A DNA stretch of 52,580 nt from Macrostomum lignano (lineage: Eukaryota): assembly GCA_002269645.1 (NCBI GenBank), contig NIVC01001930.1:1-52580 (forward strand). Direction: 5' to 3'. Positions 49,602 through 52,580 of the stretch are shown here, piece by piece. Numbering within the stretch: position 1 is the first letter of the stretch; each line of letters begins with the position of its first letter. The position numbers and the translations under genes were made by a program. The notes below the pieces were generated by a model, which worked only from the letters and a program-made list of their open reading frames with translations, ran no database searches and was not told the origin of the DNA.

Positions 49602-52580
49602 TGTCGCTGAAGCCGCCACCGTCCGCCTCAGCCAAGTGCTGGGCAACCGCGCGGCCCGACCTACCGACTGGTCCTTGAGAGCTCTCGAAATTGCGACGGA
49701 CTCGATTAAAGAAAATCTGACTGCCCTCTGCTCCCCGCTGGGCGACGGGGTGCTGCTGGGGATCAGTTGGATTCGCTTGCGCGCAGGGACACGAGGGCAG
49801 CGCAGAGTGGGTATTATGCTATCTGCCCCTATTCGTTCTAAACAGGCCGGCTTCGACCCCTGGGCGGCTACGAATCGCGCAGAAGCAGCCAAGTTGGCCC
49901 CTGGGAGGGGCACAAGCTGCGAGTGCGGGACGCGCGATACAGTGGCTCCCGATCGTCCTTGCTGGGTATACCGAGCCGGCAATCGCAGGGACAGGCCAAG
50001 GTAGACAATTATACCGAACCGATTCCCCTTGCTGCCTCTCTGTCTCTGCTGATACAGAAATGCCCACCAGCCGTTTGCTTGCAGTGATACTCGTATGGAA
50101 GCCGCAACTCCACTGGCCACCAGTGCATGGATGGATGGACAGTGTTTGCGTGAAAAAAATGCGCTATTGTAGAGTGGTTTCGATCACAGAAACTTCTTTG
50201 GAATAGATGCGTGCCAAAATAATCCTCGAAATTTGCTTCAGTTTGTTAATAACTGGCGTGATCGACAAACGTCGCAATTTACAATAATTATTTTATCGTT
50301 GTAAGACGGACAGCTTGTAATTAAATTTGGCTGCCTTCACTCACGCATACATATGCGCATCAGCTAGTAGCTTGAGACGAACCAGGCAGGTAAAGGTTCA
50401 CGAGGGACCGGTCTGTTTAATATTCCCTGAGAAGTTTTGTTGTCCGAGATATACTCGTACGAGAGTGATGGCGGTTAATTGACAGAGCGCTTGCAGTTTC
50501 TGTCGGATCCCAATGCGAAAGCAGCCCTTAAACGCCAACTAAATAATTACACTGTAAATCTCTTGTTTCTGAGTTCAAACCAATTAAAATCTTGCAACTA
50601 GCCTATACAATGTGTATATAGCTTAATACAAACAGCTACAGTTCTTAATGTATGTCCGACGTATAGCACTTCGGCGTCGTCTTTGTCCTGTCGCTGATGC
50701 AGCCTGCAGTGCAGTATTTGAAACTTATTGGCTACAAGCCAATGCGGTAGGAATAGGACTGCGAGATCAGTGCAGCAATCGTTCGAGTAAAGAAGCCACA
50801 AATGTTGGCTGCTGACCATGACAACTCGGAAATTTATTATGACCTTGGCCATGTCAAAATATTACTCGTATTAAATCGTAAAAAGTATCAAAAATGAAAA
50901 AGAACAAATGTATCCTAAAAGAAATCGATCTATTGTGAGACATTTTTATACAAAAAAATTTATGAAAAGAATCCTCTCTTCGAAATAAGAGATTATCCGC
51001 ATATAATAATTGGATACACGTATTTTAAAAGTTTTAAAAAAAGTGTTTATAATAAAGTTAGGTTATCGAGCAGTTACTTAGAAGCGACAGAAAAAAAGAA
51101 ACTAGAAAATATTAAAACTTAAAAAACTATTTTTGAAGTAATTACTTGCAATGAGACTTAAGGCATATCTTATTTAGTTTAAATTGCATTCGGCACACAC
51201 GTTTTCTCAATTAGGACTATACTATACTATACTAGTGTAGAATAGTCCTTGACGTTTTCTGTTAATTCTTTACTTTATCTCTTTCCCATTATTGTGTATA
51301 TAGAAGCCTAGAAGGATGCTTCAAAGCATAGAAAATAAAAAAAATTAAATAGGCATATGTGCAGAACTTCATTATTAAATTAATACTGGTGCTAGTATCA
51401 CTATTGGCAGTATTGCTACATTTTATTCTAACAATATGCATACTCTTCTGGCAGAAAATCAATTGTTCTGTATGCCTTTCTTGGTAAATTTTTTTGTTCT
51501 GCACACTTGATGTATAAAGTACAACCTGAACTAATCACTTATTTTTTGTATAGTGGATATAAATTTAATAGGTATAACTCTAACTAGGTTCTAAATCATT
51601 AACTCTTAAAACATGGCATCTAATATATAAAGATAGAGATAATAAGTCTTAGTATGATTAAGCTAGGGTAAAGTTAAGAAATTATATGATTACCATAGAC
51701 TAAGGCTATTTAGATGATCTGCTATTTAATATATTGAATACATTTATATACTTAGTCATTTATATATATGCTACCTCAAGTCTCAACTAAAATTATGCTA
51801 GTTATGCAACTTATTTCTATCTGAAAAGAAAATGTAATGTATCTAAAAACAAAATAAAAATATTTAATTGTTTCTCAAAATTTGTTAAAAACTATCCAAA
51901 ATTGATCAATTTTATAATTTATCCCTGGTTTGCTATAATTTATACTAGCCATATTGGTTGGGTCAATTAGCAGTTATACATGTTTTAGTTTTGTACAATA
52001 TCATTTTTTCTTTAGTAATAAAGTTGCTTAGTAATAAACTTTATTGACTTTTAGTGAAAGCATATAGATTGATTAATATATGTTATACTATTTTAATTTT
52101 TGCTCAATGCCTCAAGATCAATTTTATACATAATAATTATATTGTAAAAAGATGATAGCATAATCATTGCAAATGAATTAAGATGGAAAATAAATAGACA
52201 TGGTATGGAAAGCTAATTAAGTTAGATAAGATTGTGTACCATTTGTGCATAAAGTAAATATGTAGTCTTACTGCTCATTGGTGCATAAGTCAAGTCAATA
52301 ACAACTATTGTTTTATTTTTACTTTGCATGTATAAAATTATGATCATATAAAATAATTATATGTGCATTCTAAAATAATCCAACTCTCACTAAAGCTACA
52401 TATATATTGTTAGTTTTTGGCTTATATATTTGCTAGAACTAGGCTAGGGCCAAATTTTAAATCATCAAACTATTTCTATAGACAAAGTATACAAAGATTG
52501 TTAAAATAAACTAATTTAACAAGCAATTGCACTCAGTCATTAGCAACTAACATATCTGGATATGTTTACTTCTAGTCTAC

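Noticed and set aside
49458-50120. 220-aa ORF as an independent gene or N-terminal extension
   Set aside because: Only codons from ATG 49601 to the donor at 49525 form the SPARC signal-peptide exon. The rest is GC-rich upstream sequence with no protein-like features.
50598-52580. Short ORFs and the very AT-rich right end
   Set aside because: I found no splice-consistent coding signal, repeat unit or recognisable element, and treated it as intergenic.

Overview
Repeat-rich eukaryotic (animal) genomic DNA: GC-rich spliced exons sit among many micro/minisatellites and transposon relics. The style fits a free-living flatworm such as Macrostomum; this is inference only. By reading splice sites and checking exon phases I reconstructed five spliced genes. 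(1) A polycystin-1-like gene (signal peptide-WSC-PKD repeats-REJ; minus strand, 8059 to beyond the left edge) with six same-direction single-base frameshifts. (2) A two-exon rhodopsin-class GPCR (minus). (3) A small three-exon unknown gene ending in a ubiquitin-like domain (plus). (4) A ten-exon atypical beta-type soluble guanylate cyclase (H-NOX, PAS/HNOBA, coiled coil, cyclase, CaaX tail; plus). (5) A seven-exon SPARC/osteonectin homolog (minus) with no acidic N-terminal domain and an inverted EF-hand pattern. I found no recognisable gene in 15-28 kb, which holds Helitron/HINE-like termini, satellites sharing an AGCAA core, and a 1619-bp tandem duplication. Also present: two CORE-type tRNA-SINEs, LINE 3' fragments, a hairpin-bearing family sharing the LINE tail, and MITE-like elements. 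Most long ORFs in the supplied track are repeat artefacts. No CRISPR, rRNA or intact tRNA is supported.
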